34,213 bases of DNA from Eledone cirrhosa. Its lineage: Eukaryota. Made by a program: the position numbers and the translations under genes. Shown in pieces: positions 1-12,482 of this stretch (position 1 is the first letter of the stretch; every line of letters begins with the position of its first letter). A model generated the notes under the pieces. It was not told the DNA's origin. It saw only the letters and a program-made list of their open reading frames with translations, and made no database searches. Location of the stretch: the NCBI GenBank assembly GCA_964016885.1, contig CAXHJY010000683.1, positions 1-34,213 of the forward strand. The letters run 5' to 3'.

Positions 1-67
1 ACGATGTCAATCTCACGAATCCCATAAATTCTCTATAGGAGCTATAAGTAATTATTTCATTTAACGA

Positions 68-68
68 C

Positions 69-113
<45 letters not shown>

Positions 114-140
114 GACACACACACACACACATATATATAT

Positions 141-223
<83 letters not shown>

Positions 224-254
224 TATATATATACACACACATATATATATATAT

Positions 255-285
<31 letters not shown>

Positions 286-289
286 GATT

Positions 290-324
<35 letters not shown>

Positions 325-333
325 ATATATATA

Positions 334-370
<37 letters not shown>

Positions 371-430
371 GGGTGTGTGTATATATATATATGTGGGTGT
401 GTATATATATATATATATATATATATGTGG

Positions 431-466
<36 letters not shown>

Positions 467-503
467 GAAACGACACATACACACCCACATACACACACAC
501 ATT

Positions 504-538
<35 letters not shown>

Positions 539-583
539 TATATATACACACACACACATATATATATACACACACACACACAC

Positions 584-632
<49 letters not shown>

Positions 633-678
633 TACACATATATATATATATTTATATTTATATATATATATATACAAA

Positions 679-722
<44 letters not shown>

Positions 723-820
723 TATATATAGATAGATAGATAGATATAGATATAAAGTGTGTGTGTGTGTATGTATATGTATATATATATGTATATATAT
801 ATATATACACACACACACAC

Positions 821-851
<31 letters not shown>

Positions 852-1024
852 AAGTATGGTGGCAATGACGCTGATACATCTACATGTATGTATATACTTA
901 CACACACTCACACAAACATATATATATATATATATATATAAATATACATACATACCTATATACCAATTATCACACATAACACACATGTACACACATGTAC
1001 ACACATACGTTGACATACATAAAC

Positions 1025-1086
<62 letters not shown>
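68..1086. repeat. Compound (TA)n/(CA)n/(TG)n microsatellite field
   Basis: Alternating dinucleotide runs seen directly. Similar (TA)n tracts recur throughout, e.g. 7385-7441, 7705-8008, 10440-10840, 11455-12075, 17920-18410, 22080-22350, 31968-32098. Confidence 0.97.
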
Positions 1087-1087
<1 letters not shown>

Positions 1088-1299
1088 ATTATGTTTCAAT
1101 AATTAAGACTATATATAAATATTTTTTTTTTTATTAGCTATCGACCTTATGAAATATCTGTGTTAATATGAAACACTGGCTGTCGCGGAGTTTATCACAC
1201 AACCGTGGAGTTTATCATACTATATCATGTGATACGTTGCGTGTAACATATGGTGTTGTTGTATATTGTGATATAATGAGATATCAACATCAAATTTGA

Positions 1300-4200
1300 G
1301 TGGTGTAGTGTTTGTGTGGTGTGGTGTGGTGTAGTGTGGTGTGGTGTGCTGTGGTGTGCTGTGGTGTGGTGTGGTGTTGTGTGGTGTAGTGTGATGTAGT
1401 GTTGTGTGGTGTAGTGTGGTGTTGTGTGGTGTAGTGTGGTGTGGTGTGCTGTGGTGTGCTGTGGTGTGCTGTGGTGTTGTGTGGTGTGGTGTAGTGTGTG
1501 GTGTAGTGTGGTGTTGTGTGGTGTGTGTGGTGTTGTGTGGTGTGGTGTGGTGTTGTGTGGTGTGGTGTGGTGTAGTGTGGTGTGGTGTCGTGTGGTGTGC
1601 TGTGGTGTGGTGTGGTGTGGTGTTGTGTAGTGTGGTGTAGTGTGCTGTGGTGTGGTGCGGTGTAGTGTGGTGTCGTGTGGTGTAGTGTGGTGTTGTGTAG
1701 TGTGGTGTGGTGTGCTGTGGTGTGGTGTTGTGTGGTGTGGTGTGGTGTAGTGTGGAGTGCTGTAGTGTAGTGTGGTGTGGTGTTGTGTGGTGTCGTGTAG
1801 TGTGGTGTGGTGTAGTGTGATGTGGTGTGGTGTGGTGTGGTGTGGTGTGGTGTAGTGTGGTGTAGTGTAGTGTGGTGTAGTGTAGTGTAGTGTGGTGTGG
1901 TGTAGTGTGGTGTAGTGTGGTGTGGTGTAGTGTAGTGCGGTGTAGTGTAGTGTGGTGTAGTGTAGTGTGGTGTGGTGTTGTGTAGTGTAGTGTGGTGTAG
2001 TGTAGTGTGGTGTGGTGTAGTGTGGTTTAGTGTGATGTAGTGTTGTGTAGTGTGGTGTAGTGTAGTGTGGTCTAGTGTAGTGTGGTGTGGTGTAGTGTAG
2101 TGTAGTGTGGTGTAGTGTAGTGTGGTGTGGTGTAGTGTGCTGTAGTGTGATGTAGTGTAGTGTAGTGTGGTGTAGTGTAGTGTGGTGTGGTCTAGTGTAG
2201 TGTAGCGTGGTGTGGTGTAGTGTGGTGTAGTGTAGTGTGGTGTAGTGTAGTGTAGTGTAGTGTAGTGTGGTGTGGTGTAGTGTGGTGTAGTGTGATGTAG
2301 TGTTGTGTAGTGTGGTGTAGTGTAGTATCGTGTGGTGTAGTGTAGTGTGGTGTGGTGTAGTGTAGTGTGGTGTGGTGTAGTGTGCTGTAGTGTGATGTAG
2401 TGTAGTGTAGTGTTGTGTAGTGTAGTGTGGTGTGGTCTAGAGTAGTGTAGTGTGGTGTAGTGTGGTGTAGTGTAGTGTGGTGTAGTGTAGTGTAGTGTGG
2501 TGTGGTGTAGTGTGGTGTAGTGTAGTGTGGTGTAGTGTAGTGTAGTGTGGTGTGGTGTAGTGTGGTGTAGTGTGATGTAGTGTAGTATCGTTTGGTGTAG
2601 TGTAGTGTGGTGTGGTGTAGTGTGGTGTGGTGTAGTGTGCTGTAGTGTGATGTAGTGTAGTGTGGTGTAGTGTAGTGTGGTGTGGTGTAGTGTAGTGTGG
2701 TGTAGTGTGGTGTAGTGTGATGTAGTGTAGTGTGGTGTGGTGTAGTGAAGTGTAGTGTGGTGTAGTGTAGTGTAGTGTAGTGTGGTGTAGTGTAGTGTAG
2801 TGTAGTGTGATGTAGTGTAGTGTGGTGTGGTGTAGTGTGGTGTAGTGTAGTGTGGTGTAGTGTGGTGTAGTGTAGTCTAGTGTGGTGTGGTCTAGAGTAG
2901 TGTAGTGTGGTGTAGTGTGGTGTAGTGTAGTGTGGTGTAGTGTAGTGTAGTGTGGTGTGGTGTAGTGTGGTGTAGTGTAGTGTGGTGTAGTGTAGTGTAG
3001 TGTGGTGTGGTGTAGTGTGGTGTAGTGTGATGTAGTGTAGTATCGTTTGGTGTAGTGTAGTGTGGTGTGGTGTAGTGTGGTGTGGTGTAGTGTGCTGTAG
3101 TGTGATGTAGTGTAGTGTGGTGTAGTGTAGTGTGGTGTGGTGTAGTGTGCTATAGTGTGATGTAGTGTAGTGTGGTGTAGTGTAGTGTAGTGTAGTGTAG
3201 TGTGGTGTAGTGTAGTGTAGTGTAGTGTAGTGTAGTGTGGTGTAGTGTAGTGTGGTGTAGTGTAGTGTGGTGTGGTGTAGTGTCGTGTGGTGTAGTGTGC
3301 TGTAGTGTAGTGTGGTGTGATGTAGTGTAGTGTGGTGTGGTGTAATGTAGTGTGGTGTAGTGTAGTGTGGTGTAGTGTGGTGTAGTGTAGTGTAGTGTAG
3401 TGTAGTGTAGTGTGGTGTAGTGTAGTGTGGTGTGGTGTAGTGTAGTGTGGTGTAGTGTAGTGTGGTGTAGTGTGGTGTGGTGTGGTGTGGTGTAATGTAG
3501 TGTGGTGTAGTGTAGTGTGGTGTAGTGTGGTGTAGTGTAGTGTAGTGTAGTGTAGTGTAGTGTGGTGTAGTGTAGTGTGGTGTAGTGTAGTGTGGTGTGG
3601 TGTAGTGTCGTGTGGTGTAGTGTGCTGTAGTGTAGTGTGGTGTGATGTAGTGTAGTGTGGTGTGGTGTAATGTAGTGTGGTGTAGTGTAGTGTGGTGTAG
3701 TGTGGTGTAGTGTAGTGTAGTGTAGTGTAGTGTAGTGTAGTGTAGTGTAGTGTAGTGTAGTGTAGTGTAGTGTGGTGTAGTGTAGTGTGGTGTAGTGTAG
3801 TGTGGTGTGGTGTAGTGTCGTGTGGTGTAGTGTGCTGTAGTGTAGTGTGGTGTGATGTAGTGTAGTGTGGTGTGGTGTAATGTAGTGTGGTGTAGTGTAG
3901 TGTGGTGTAGTGTGGTGTAGTGTAGTGTAGTGTAGTGTAGTGTAGTGTGGTGTAGTGTAGTGTAGTGTGGTGTGGTGTAGTGTAGTGTGGTGTAGTGTAG
4001 TGTGGTGTAGTGTGGTGTGGTGTAGTGTAGTGTGGTGTAGTGTAGTGTAGTGTGGTGTGGTGTAGTGTAGTGTGGTGTAGTGTAGTGTGGTGTAGTGTGG
4101 TGTGGTGTAGTGTAGTGTGGTGTAGTGTGGTGTAGTGTAGTGTGGTGTGGTGTAGTGTAGTGTGGTGTAGTGTAGTGTGGTGTAGTGTGGTGTGGTGTAG

Positions 4201-5345
4201 TGTAGTGTGGTGTGGTGTAGTGTAGTGTGGTGTAGTGTAGTGTGGTGTAGTGTGGTGTGGTGTAGTGTGGTGTGGTGTAGTGTAGTGTGGTGTAGTGTAG
4301 TGTGGTGTAGTGTGGTGTAGTGTAGTGTGGTGTGGTGTAGTGTAGTGTGGTGTAGTGTAGTGTGGTCTAGTGTGGTGTGGTGTGGTGTAGTGTGGTGTGG
4401 TGTAGTGTAGTGTGGTGTAGTGTAGTGTGGTGTAGTGTAGTGTGGTGTAGTGTAGTGTGGTGTGGTGTAGTGTAGTGTGGTATAGTGTAGTGTGGTCTAG
4501 TGTGGTGTGGTGTGGTGTAGTGTAGTGTGGTGTAGTGTAGTGTGGTGTAGTGTGGTGTAGTGTAGTGTGGTGTGGTGTAGTGTGGTGTGGTGTAGTGTGC
4601 TGTAGTGTAGTGTGGTGTGGTGTAATGTACTGTGGTGTGGTGTAGTGTAGTGTAGTGTAGTGTGGTGTGGTGTAGTGTGCTGTAGTGTGGTGTGGTGTAG
4701 TGTGGTGTGATATAGTGTAATATCGTGTAGTGTACTGTGGTGTAGTGTGGTGTTGTGAAGTGTGGTGTAGTGTAGTGTAGTGTAGTGTGGTGTGGTGTAG
4801 TGTGCTGTAGTGTGGTGTGGTGTAGTGTGGTGTGATATAGTGTAATATCGTGTAGTGTACTGTGGTGTAGTGTGGTGTTGTGAAGTGTGGTGTAGTGTAG
4901 TGTAGTGTAGTGTGGTGTGGTGTAGTGTGCTGTAGTGTGGTGTGGTGTAGTGTGGTGTGATATAGTGTAATATCGTGTAGTGTACTGTGGTGTAGTGTGG
5001 TGTTGTGAAGTGTGGTGTAGTGTAGTGTAGTGTAGTGTGGTGTGGTGTAGTGTGCTGTAGTGTGGTGTGGTGTAGTGTGGTGTGATATAGTGTAATATCG
5101 TGTAGTGTACTGTGGTGTAGTGTGGTGTTGTGAAGTGTGGTGTAGTGTAGTGTAGTGTAGTGTGGTGTGGTGTAGTGTGCTGTAGTGTGGTGTGGTGTAG
5201 TGTGGTGTGATATAGTGTAATATCGTGTAGTGTACTGTGGTGTAGTGTGGTGTTGTGAAGTGTGGTGTAGTGTAGTGTGGTGTGGTGTAGTGTAGTGTTG
5301 TGTGGTGTAGTGTAGTGTAGTGTAGTGTTGTGTGGTGTGGTGTTG
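1300..5345. repeat. Pentanucleotide satellite (TGTAG/TGTGG)n, ~4 kb, with higher-order repeats
   Basis: Continuous 5-bp periodicity with variants TGTGC, TGTTG, TGTGA, TCTAG. The 1041-aa HTT-repeat ORF is its antisense translation. Confidence 0.97.
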
Positions 5346-5366
5346 TATAAATCAGGTCACATAAGG

Positions 5367-5401
<35 letters not shown>

Positions 5402-5571
5402 TACAGATATGTGCGTGTATGTGTGTGTGCGTGTGCATATATATGTGGGTATAATATATATACATATACATATATATATATATATATATTCCATACATAT
5501 ATATATATATATATATAAAATATTAAACAAATAATGAACAAACAATTCCTTATATTAAACAAAAAAAGTTC

Positions 5572-5720
5572 ACTATTTAACGATCGTTTCTAGGGTATAT
5601 ATGTGTTATAATTGGTATGCATATTTAACAGATCTATGTACAAAATTATACAAAATTATACAAATTATCAAGATTAAATATACATACCTAACTCATATAT
5701 ACGCCGTCTTCAGAAATAAT
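5572..5720 (-). ncRNA. Type I hammerhead ribozyme motif, long stem II (family B)
   Basis: Mirror copy of 5770-5918. Confidence 0.65.
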
Positions 5721-5769
5721 GTGATTATTTCTTCAGAAATAATGTGATTATTTCTTCAGAAATAATGTG

Positions 5770-5918
5770 ATTATTTCTGAAGACGGCGTATATATGAGTT
5801 AGGTATGTATATTTAATCTTGATAATTTGTATAATTTTGTATAATTTTGTACATAGATCTGTTAAATATGCATACCAATTATAACACATATATACCCTAG
5901 AAACGATCGTTAAATAGT
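5770..5918 (+). ncRNA. Type I hammerhead ribozyme motif, long stem II (family B)
   Basis: attattt-CTGAAGA(5777-5783)-~115-nt self-complementary stem II-GAAA(5900-5903)-cgatcg-TT-aaatagt. Stem I is attattt/aaatagt and stem III is palindromic. The base of stem II is imperfect. Confidence 0.65.
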
Positions 5919-6106
5919 GAACTTTTTTTGTTTAATATAAGGAATTGTTTGTTCATTATTTGTTTAATATTTTATCTTGACTCTGTATACCGTTTATCTT
6001 TCACCGAAATTGGATTTTCATTACATCTCTTCTTTCCATGATATCCGGAATACATTGAGTTCTTCATACGGATTGGACACTACCGTAAACTCTTGGTAGA
6101 TTTATC

Positions 6107-6159
<53 letters not shown>

Positions 6160-6500
6160 ATGTATAAATATATATATATATATACATATATATACATATA
6201 TATTCAAATATATAAATATATATATTTTTATATAAATTTATTATATGTAAATATATACATATATTATATATATATATATTTATACATATATACATATATA
6301 TATACATTTATACATATATACATGTATATATATATAGGTGTATATATCAACGTCTCATGTCTACCGTCATACTCTATGGTTATTGAAGCTGGAATCAGAG
6401 GGTGTCGCATCATTGAGAATCAAATTATATTCACATTCGTCCATATTTTATATATATCATGATAGACCACCGTATCCTGTATGTGGACGAGGGCATGCCC

Positions 6501-6620
<120 letters not shown>

Positions 6621-6741
6621 CACACATATATATATATATAAAGGAACAATCGACTTTCGTCAAATCGGACCGAGGGAACAATGTTTCCGTTGGTCTTTCC
6701 AATTGCTAATACTATCTATCGGTCGCAACTCCAGGTAGAAG

Positions 6742-6860
6742 GAGCAACGTGAAATAAAGTGTCTTGCTCAAGGACATAACGCATCACCCGGTCCAGGAAT
6801 CGAACTCACAACCTTACGATTGCGAATCCAATTCTCTAACCACTCAGCCACACGCCTTCA
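6742..6860 (-). mobile_element. tRNA-derived SINE 5' part with CORE-like segment (octopus OR-type)
   Basis: Minus strand has A box TGGCTGAGTGG, B box GAGTTCGATTCC, then GTCCTTGAGCAAGACACTT (CORE-SINE-like). A second, internally deleted copy lies at 11364-11453. Confidence 0.75.
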
Positions 6861-6871
6861 TATATATATAT

Positions 6872-7070
6872 ATAGGAACCAGTAAGACCCCGACGGCTGA
6901 GCTCAAGCCGTTTCGACGGCTAATTCTGGACTCCAGAATTAGCCGTCGAAACGGCTTGAGCTCAGCCTTCGGGGTCTTACTGGTTCCTATTACCCACTCT
7001 ACTACCCCAAGTATTGAGTACTTTGGTGCGTTATGGTCCACCTGGTTCCTTACCACATTTCCTTCGTTAT
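6872..7070 (+). mobile_element. Fold-back cassette family C (59-bp inverted arms plus 80-bp unpaired tail) in (TA)n
   Basis: Palindrome centred at 6931 (arms 6872-6930 / 6932-6990, one mismatch). Copies at 13160-13372 and 33348-33560; a diverged terminal fragment at 9412-9470. Confidence 0.8.
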
Positions 7071-7280
7071 ATATATATATATATAGATTTTGAGTTTATG
7101 TTGGTTGTATACCAACACCTCAGTATGCATTCTGGAGCACTCGACGAAGTGCGCAGGTTGGTTTGGTGACTCCAGTACCTCAGTGAATTAACAACCCAAC
7201 AAGGAACTGGGCAGATCAGAGTATTGACAATATTATACACCTAAACAACATATGTACTTGTCTATACCATACTAATTCAA

Positions 7281-7335
7281 ACTGCCTGAAGAGGTCACAG
7301 CCAAAGATGGCTGTCACTGAAATATATATAGCAGT
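7281..7335 (+). ncRNA. Minimal type I hammerhead ribozyme (family D)
   Basis: actgc-CTGAAGA-ggtcacagcca(aaga)tggctgtcact-GAAA-tatata-TA-gcagt. 5-bp stem I, 10 of 11 bp paired in stem II, palindromic stem III, AUA cleavage triplet. Confidence 0.85.
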
Positions 7336-7381
7336 AATAAACGAAGCTAAATTTTAATTATTTGACTTCTATTTAACTTTA

Positions 7382-7441
<60 letters not shown>

Positions 7442-7445
<4 letters not shown>

Positions 7446-7711
7446 GGAGGTGAGTTTTATTGTAGTACAATAAAGCAATGCAGATATCGGATAAGAAGCA
7501 CTCTACAATTTGTAGGACTGGAGTATACATAATATATAAGATATATGTTGATTTAAAACTGCACTATCCACAAGTGTTTTTTAACCTTCATATCATGTCT
7601 TCCTATTTTATCTGATGAAAACACAAATGTTATTGCATGATGATATTTGTTTTTGAAATGCGCATAATAAAATACATGGAACTCTTTTAAGCTTCTTTTG
7701 ATCTTATATAT
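7442..7711. mobile_element. Family A pLTR-like fragment: inverted 3' tail joined to the hammerhead segment
   Basis: 7442-7541 is the reverse complement of 22685-22785; 7543-7711 matches 22527-22697. Both ends lie in (TA)n. Confidence 0.75.
7604..7674 (+). ncRNA. Minimal type I hammerhead ribozyme (family A)
   Basis: tattttat-CTGATGA(7612-7618)-stem II acaaatgttatt/gatgatatttgt-GAAA(7655-7658)-tgcgca-TA-ataaaata. Perfect 8-bp stem I and palindromic stem III. Confidence 0.88.
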
Positions 7712-7873
<162 letters not shown>

Positions 7874-7880
7874 CATATAT

Positions 7881-8210
<330 letters not shown>

Positions 8211-8404
8211 ATCCCGTATTAAGCCGTAGTGTCTAGCAACCATCGTTGCTCGTTTGTTCAATACAGACAAAGGAACGCTGTACTAGTTTCAAGCTTATTA
8301 GCTATCGTCAGCAACGTATACCTTCCTGCCAGATTGTTGAACGTATATACTTACCTTATGCATATTAACGACAAGCGTTTTTTAAGCTTCATTTCATGTA
8401 TCCC

Positions 8405-8475
8405 TATTTTATCTGATGAGGACGCAGATATCATCCCATGATGATATTTGTTTTTGAAATGCGCATAATAAAATA
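8405..8475 (+). ncRNA. Minimal type I hammerhead ribozyme (family A, diverged subfamily)
   Basis: tattttat-CTGATGA-ggac gcagatatcatc/gatgatatttgt-GAAA-tgcgca-TA-ataaaata. Confidence 0.88.
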
Positions 8476-8509
8476 CTTGGAACTCTTTTAAACATCTTTT
8501 GATCTTATA

Positions 8510-8700
8510 TTGGTGGATTGGCAGTATCGGTAGAGGGTCGTACACCATGCTTTGACGCATAGAGTTACAGCCCTTGCCATTCTGTGTTCGAATCTCGCCG
8601 AGGTTAACTTTGCCTTTCATCCTTACGGGGTCGATAAAATAAAGTACCAGTAATGTACTGGGTAATTTGCTGGCCTTGTGCCAATACTAGAAACAATTAT
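8510..8700 (+). mobile_element. tRNA-derived SINE with Meta-domain-like central region (octopus OK-type)
   Basis: A-box-like TGGCAGTATCGG, B box GTTCGAATC, then GAGGTTAACTTTGCCTTTCATCCTTACGGGGTCGATAAAATAAAGTACCAG and an AT tail. The family name is from recall, not a search. Confidence 0.75.
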
Positions 8701-9120
8701 ATATATATATATATATATAAGAAAGTAAGTCCATAGAATCATTTGATAAAATATATACAATATTTCTCTCCCCAATCAGCATACTTAACCATACAAAATC
8801 AATTAAACGAGGCTATAAGTTTAAAATGTATCTATGAAGAAACAATAGATAAATAAATGATAGCTATTTTATCAGCTATAGATATAGATATATACATATA
8901 TATATATATATATGTATGTACATATATATATATATATATATACGTCTTTCATATATATATATCCACAGCCACAGAAGATTTACCCAGTATTTCTAATAGC
9001 CCGTAGAAATTGATTAGACATATAGCCAACCATAAACAATTAGGTACAAAATGAAAGTTATATATAAACACACATATATATATATATACCTATGGCTCTG
9101 TCTAGTTTATGTATATGTAA

Positions 9121-9170
<50 letters not shown>

Positions 9171-9222
9171 TAATAAAACAATGAATAAACAAAGAAACAG
9201 TTCCTTATATTAAAAAAAATTC

Positions 9223-9355
9223 ATCATTTTACGATCGTTTCTAGGATATATATGTGTTAGAGTTGGTATGCATATTCTATAGATCTATGTACAATATTTA
9301 TACAAACTTTCAGAGGGAATATACATACCTACCCATATATATGCTGTCTTCAGAA

Positions 9356-9359
<4 letters not shown>
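9223..9359 (-). ncRNA. Type I hammerhead motif, long stem II (family B, diverged)
   Basis: Minus strand: ttattt-CTGAAGA-cagcatatatatgggtaggtatgtatattc...gaatatgcataccaactctaacacatatatatccta-GAAA-cgatcg-TA-aaatga. Confidence 0.6.
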
Positions 9360-9415
<56 letters not shown>

Positions 9416-9492
9416 CGAAGGAATTGCGGTAAGTATCCAGATGGACCGTAGCGCAAGATCATACATTTTCCAATATATATATATATATATAT

Positions 9493-9557
9493 GTGAAGTA
9501 AGTCCATCGGAAAAGTCCAGGAAAAAAGAGTGCTCTATGTAGGCAACAGAGCTTAAT
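9493..9557. repeat. Short dispersed repeat; inverted copy at 13708-13772
   Basis: gaagtaagtccatcggaaaagtccaggaaaaaagagtgctctatgtaggcaacagagcttaat matches the reverse complement of 13708-13772. Confidence 0.75.
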
Positions 9558-9676
9558 TATTATTATTATGTAAATAATAAGGTTTAATTACATAATAAAA
9601 AACCTTATTTAGATAATAATTATGTAAATAAGGTTTTTTTAAAATCCAAATTCAATAAACAAACCAGGATTTTTTC

Positions 9677-9728
9677 ATTCTGAGGATTGAAAGCAAAACC
9701 TTTTGCTTTTAAGAAACCACTGGTAAAT
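9677..9728 (+). ncRNA. Minimal type I hammerhead ribozyme (family E)
   Basis: att-CTGAGGA-ttgaaagcaaaa(cc)ttttgcttttaa-GAAA-ccactgg-TA-aat. Up to 12-bp stem II, near-palindromic stem III, GUA triplet; stem I is only 3 bp. Confidence 0.72.
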
Positions 9729-9764
9729 ATAATAATTGCCTTATGTTGTTTATTACATAATAAT

Positions 9765-9830
<66 letters not shown>

Positions 9831-9974
9831 TAGTTTTGCGAGGTTTTTTTATATGAAATCGTGTGTTGAAACAAATATTGTTATACTTGGGGAGAAACGA
9901 AAACCAACCAAACAGTGAGTGTGTTCTGTTATTAATTCTGGCAATATTACACAAATATGACCCTCCCCAAGTAT

Positions 9975-10049
<75 letters not shown>

Positions 10050-10257
10050 TATGTTTATATACACACATGTTTACAAACACACCGAGCATTATAATAAATG
10101 TTTGGTGAATCCATACGTGCATATATATGTGTGCATGTATGTATATATATGCATACTACTGTACGTCTGTATACATATATGTATGTACGTGTACATACTA
10201 ATATTTAAGTAACAGCCGTACTAAGAGTGTGAAATGAAATTTCGTTTCATTTTTTCC

Positions 10258-10291
<34 letters not shown>

Positions 10292-10295
<4 letters not shown>

Positions 10296-10434
10296 ATAAT
10301 AATAAAATTGAAGACTAGAATTCAAAGAGGGCTCGATAAGGAAAATATATATCAAATATATAAGAACCGTAGAGCAAATATTTATTAAAATAACAGATTA
10401 AAGTTTAAGCAAAGAATCGCTGCTTTCACCCTTA

Positions 10435-10436
<2 letters not shown>
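10292..10436 (-). mobile_element. 3' terminal pLTR fragment of the PLE at 25321-27350
   Basis: Reverse complement of about 27207-27350; flanked by (TA)n. Confidence 0.8.
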
Positions 10437-10482
<46 letters not shown>

Positions 10483-10538
10483 CATATACATATATATGTC
10501 TATATGTAAATATATACAGTATATATACATATATACAT

Positions 10539-10601
<63 letters not shown>

Positions 10602-10679
10602 TATTTGTATAGATATAGATATTTACATATATATATATGTACATATATATATATACATATATGTATATATATATATATA

Positions 10680-10745
<66 letters not shown>

Positions 10746-10772
10746 CATATATATATATATATACATATATAC

Positions 10773-10805
<33 letters not shown>

Positions 10806-11363
10806 ATTATATATATATATACATATATACATATATACATGCTAACATCAATCAGTCCATAAACTCCAGTGGCCTTCTCGAAGACTAGTCAAACCATCAT
10901 ACCATACTCTACCATCCGTGACGGGCGAATTAAAGGTACCAGTTATATTCTAGGGACAAAATACAAACGTCACCAGTATTGATCTTCTCTGGACAATTAT
11001 CTCGTGCAAATATCACCGATATTAGTACGGTATCACTTAATTAAATATGGAAGGCTTGCTGTGATATTAACACGAAATGTTATTATAGCAGTAGGATATC
11101 ACACGATCTCTCATGGCTATCGTAGTAACAGTTCAGGTATTAATCATATCGATGGAATTTCATATCGATTAACATACATATTGATTTCCTATATATATAA
11201 ATATATATATATAAATATATATCTACATAAATATCTATATATATATATATATATATATATTTTTTAATCGATCGACTTTCGTCAAATCGGACCGAGGAAA
11301 CAATGTTTCCGTTGGTCTGTCCAGTTGCTAGTACTATCTATCGGTCGCAACTCCAGGTAGAAG

Positions 11364-11571
<208 letters not shown>

Positions 11572-11698
11572 GTATATATATGTATATATATGTATATATA
11601 TGTATATTTATGCAGAGGTTATATTTAATTTGTTGGGATTCAACAAGCTTAAAAAATATGTATATATATGTATATATATATGTATATATATATGTATA

Positions 11699-11782
<84 letters not shown>

Positions 11783-11805
11783 GTATATATATATATACAT
11801 ATATA

Positions 11806-11870
<65 letters not shown>

Positions 11871-11882
11871 TACATAAATATA

Positions 11883-11927
<45 letters not shown>

Positions 11928-11967
11928 ATATATACATATATTTATGTATATATATATATATATATAC

Positions 11968-12012
<45 letters not shown>

Positions 12013-12077
12013 TTATTATAATATATATATATATAATATATATTATTATAATATATATTATTATATATATTATATAG

Positions 12078-12226
12078 ATTATTTCTGAAGACGGCGTATA
12101 TATGTGTTTGGTATGTATATTTAATCTTGATAATTTGTATAATTTTGTATAATTTTGTACATAGATCTGTTGAATATGCATACCAATTCTAACACATATA
12201 TATCCTAGAAACGATCGTTAAATAAT
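12078..12226 (+). ncRNA. Type I hammerhead motif, long stem II (family B)
   Basis: attattt-CTGAAGA(12085-12091)...GAAA(12208-12211)-cgatcg-TT-aaataat. Perfect 7-bp stem I. Stem II pairs tatatatgtgtt/aacacatatata and tggtatgtatatttaa/ttgaatatgcatacca. Confidence 0.68.
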
Positions 12227-12274
12227 GAACTTTTTTTGTTTAATATAAGGAATTGTTTATTCATTATTTGTTTA

Positions 12275-12315
<41 letters not shown>

Positions 12316-12364
12316 ATACACAAATATATTGTATATATTCCTATATATAGAATATATATACGTG

Positions 12365-12482
<118 letters not shown>

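Larger units (their letters stand above)
5515..5975. mobile_element. Fold-back cassette (206-bp inverted arms) of a hammerhead-bearing PLE pLTR-like sequence (family B)
   Basis: 5515-5720 is the reverse complement of 5770-5975. Related copies at 9171-9359 (-) and 12077-12282 (+). The left end abuts (TA)n. Confidence 0.8.

Noticed and set aside
2437-5562. 1041-aa His/Thr/Tyr-rich ORF
   Set aside because: Antisense translation of the pentamer satellite, which lacks stops in that frame. Its start lies in a repeat cassette and (TA)n.
6780-6860. tRNA gene
   Set aside because: A and B boxes are present but there is no complete cloverleaf, and it continues into a SINE body.
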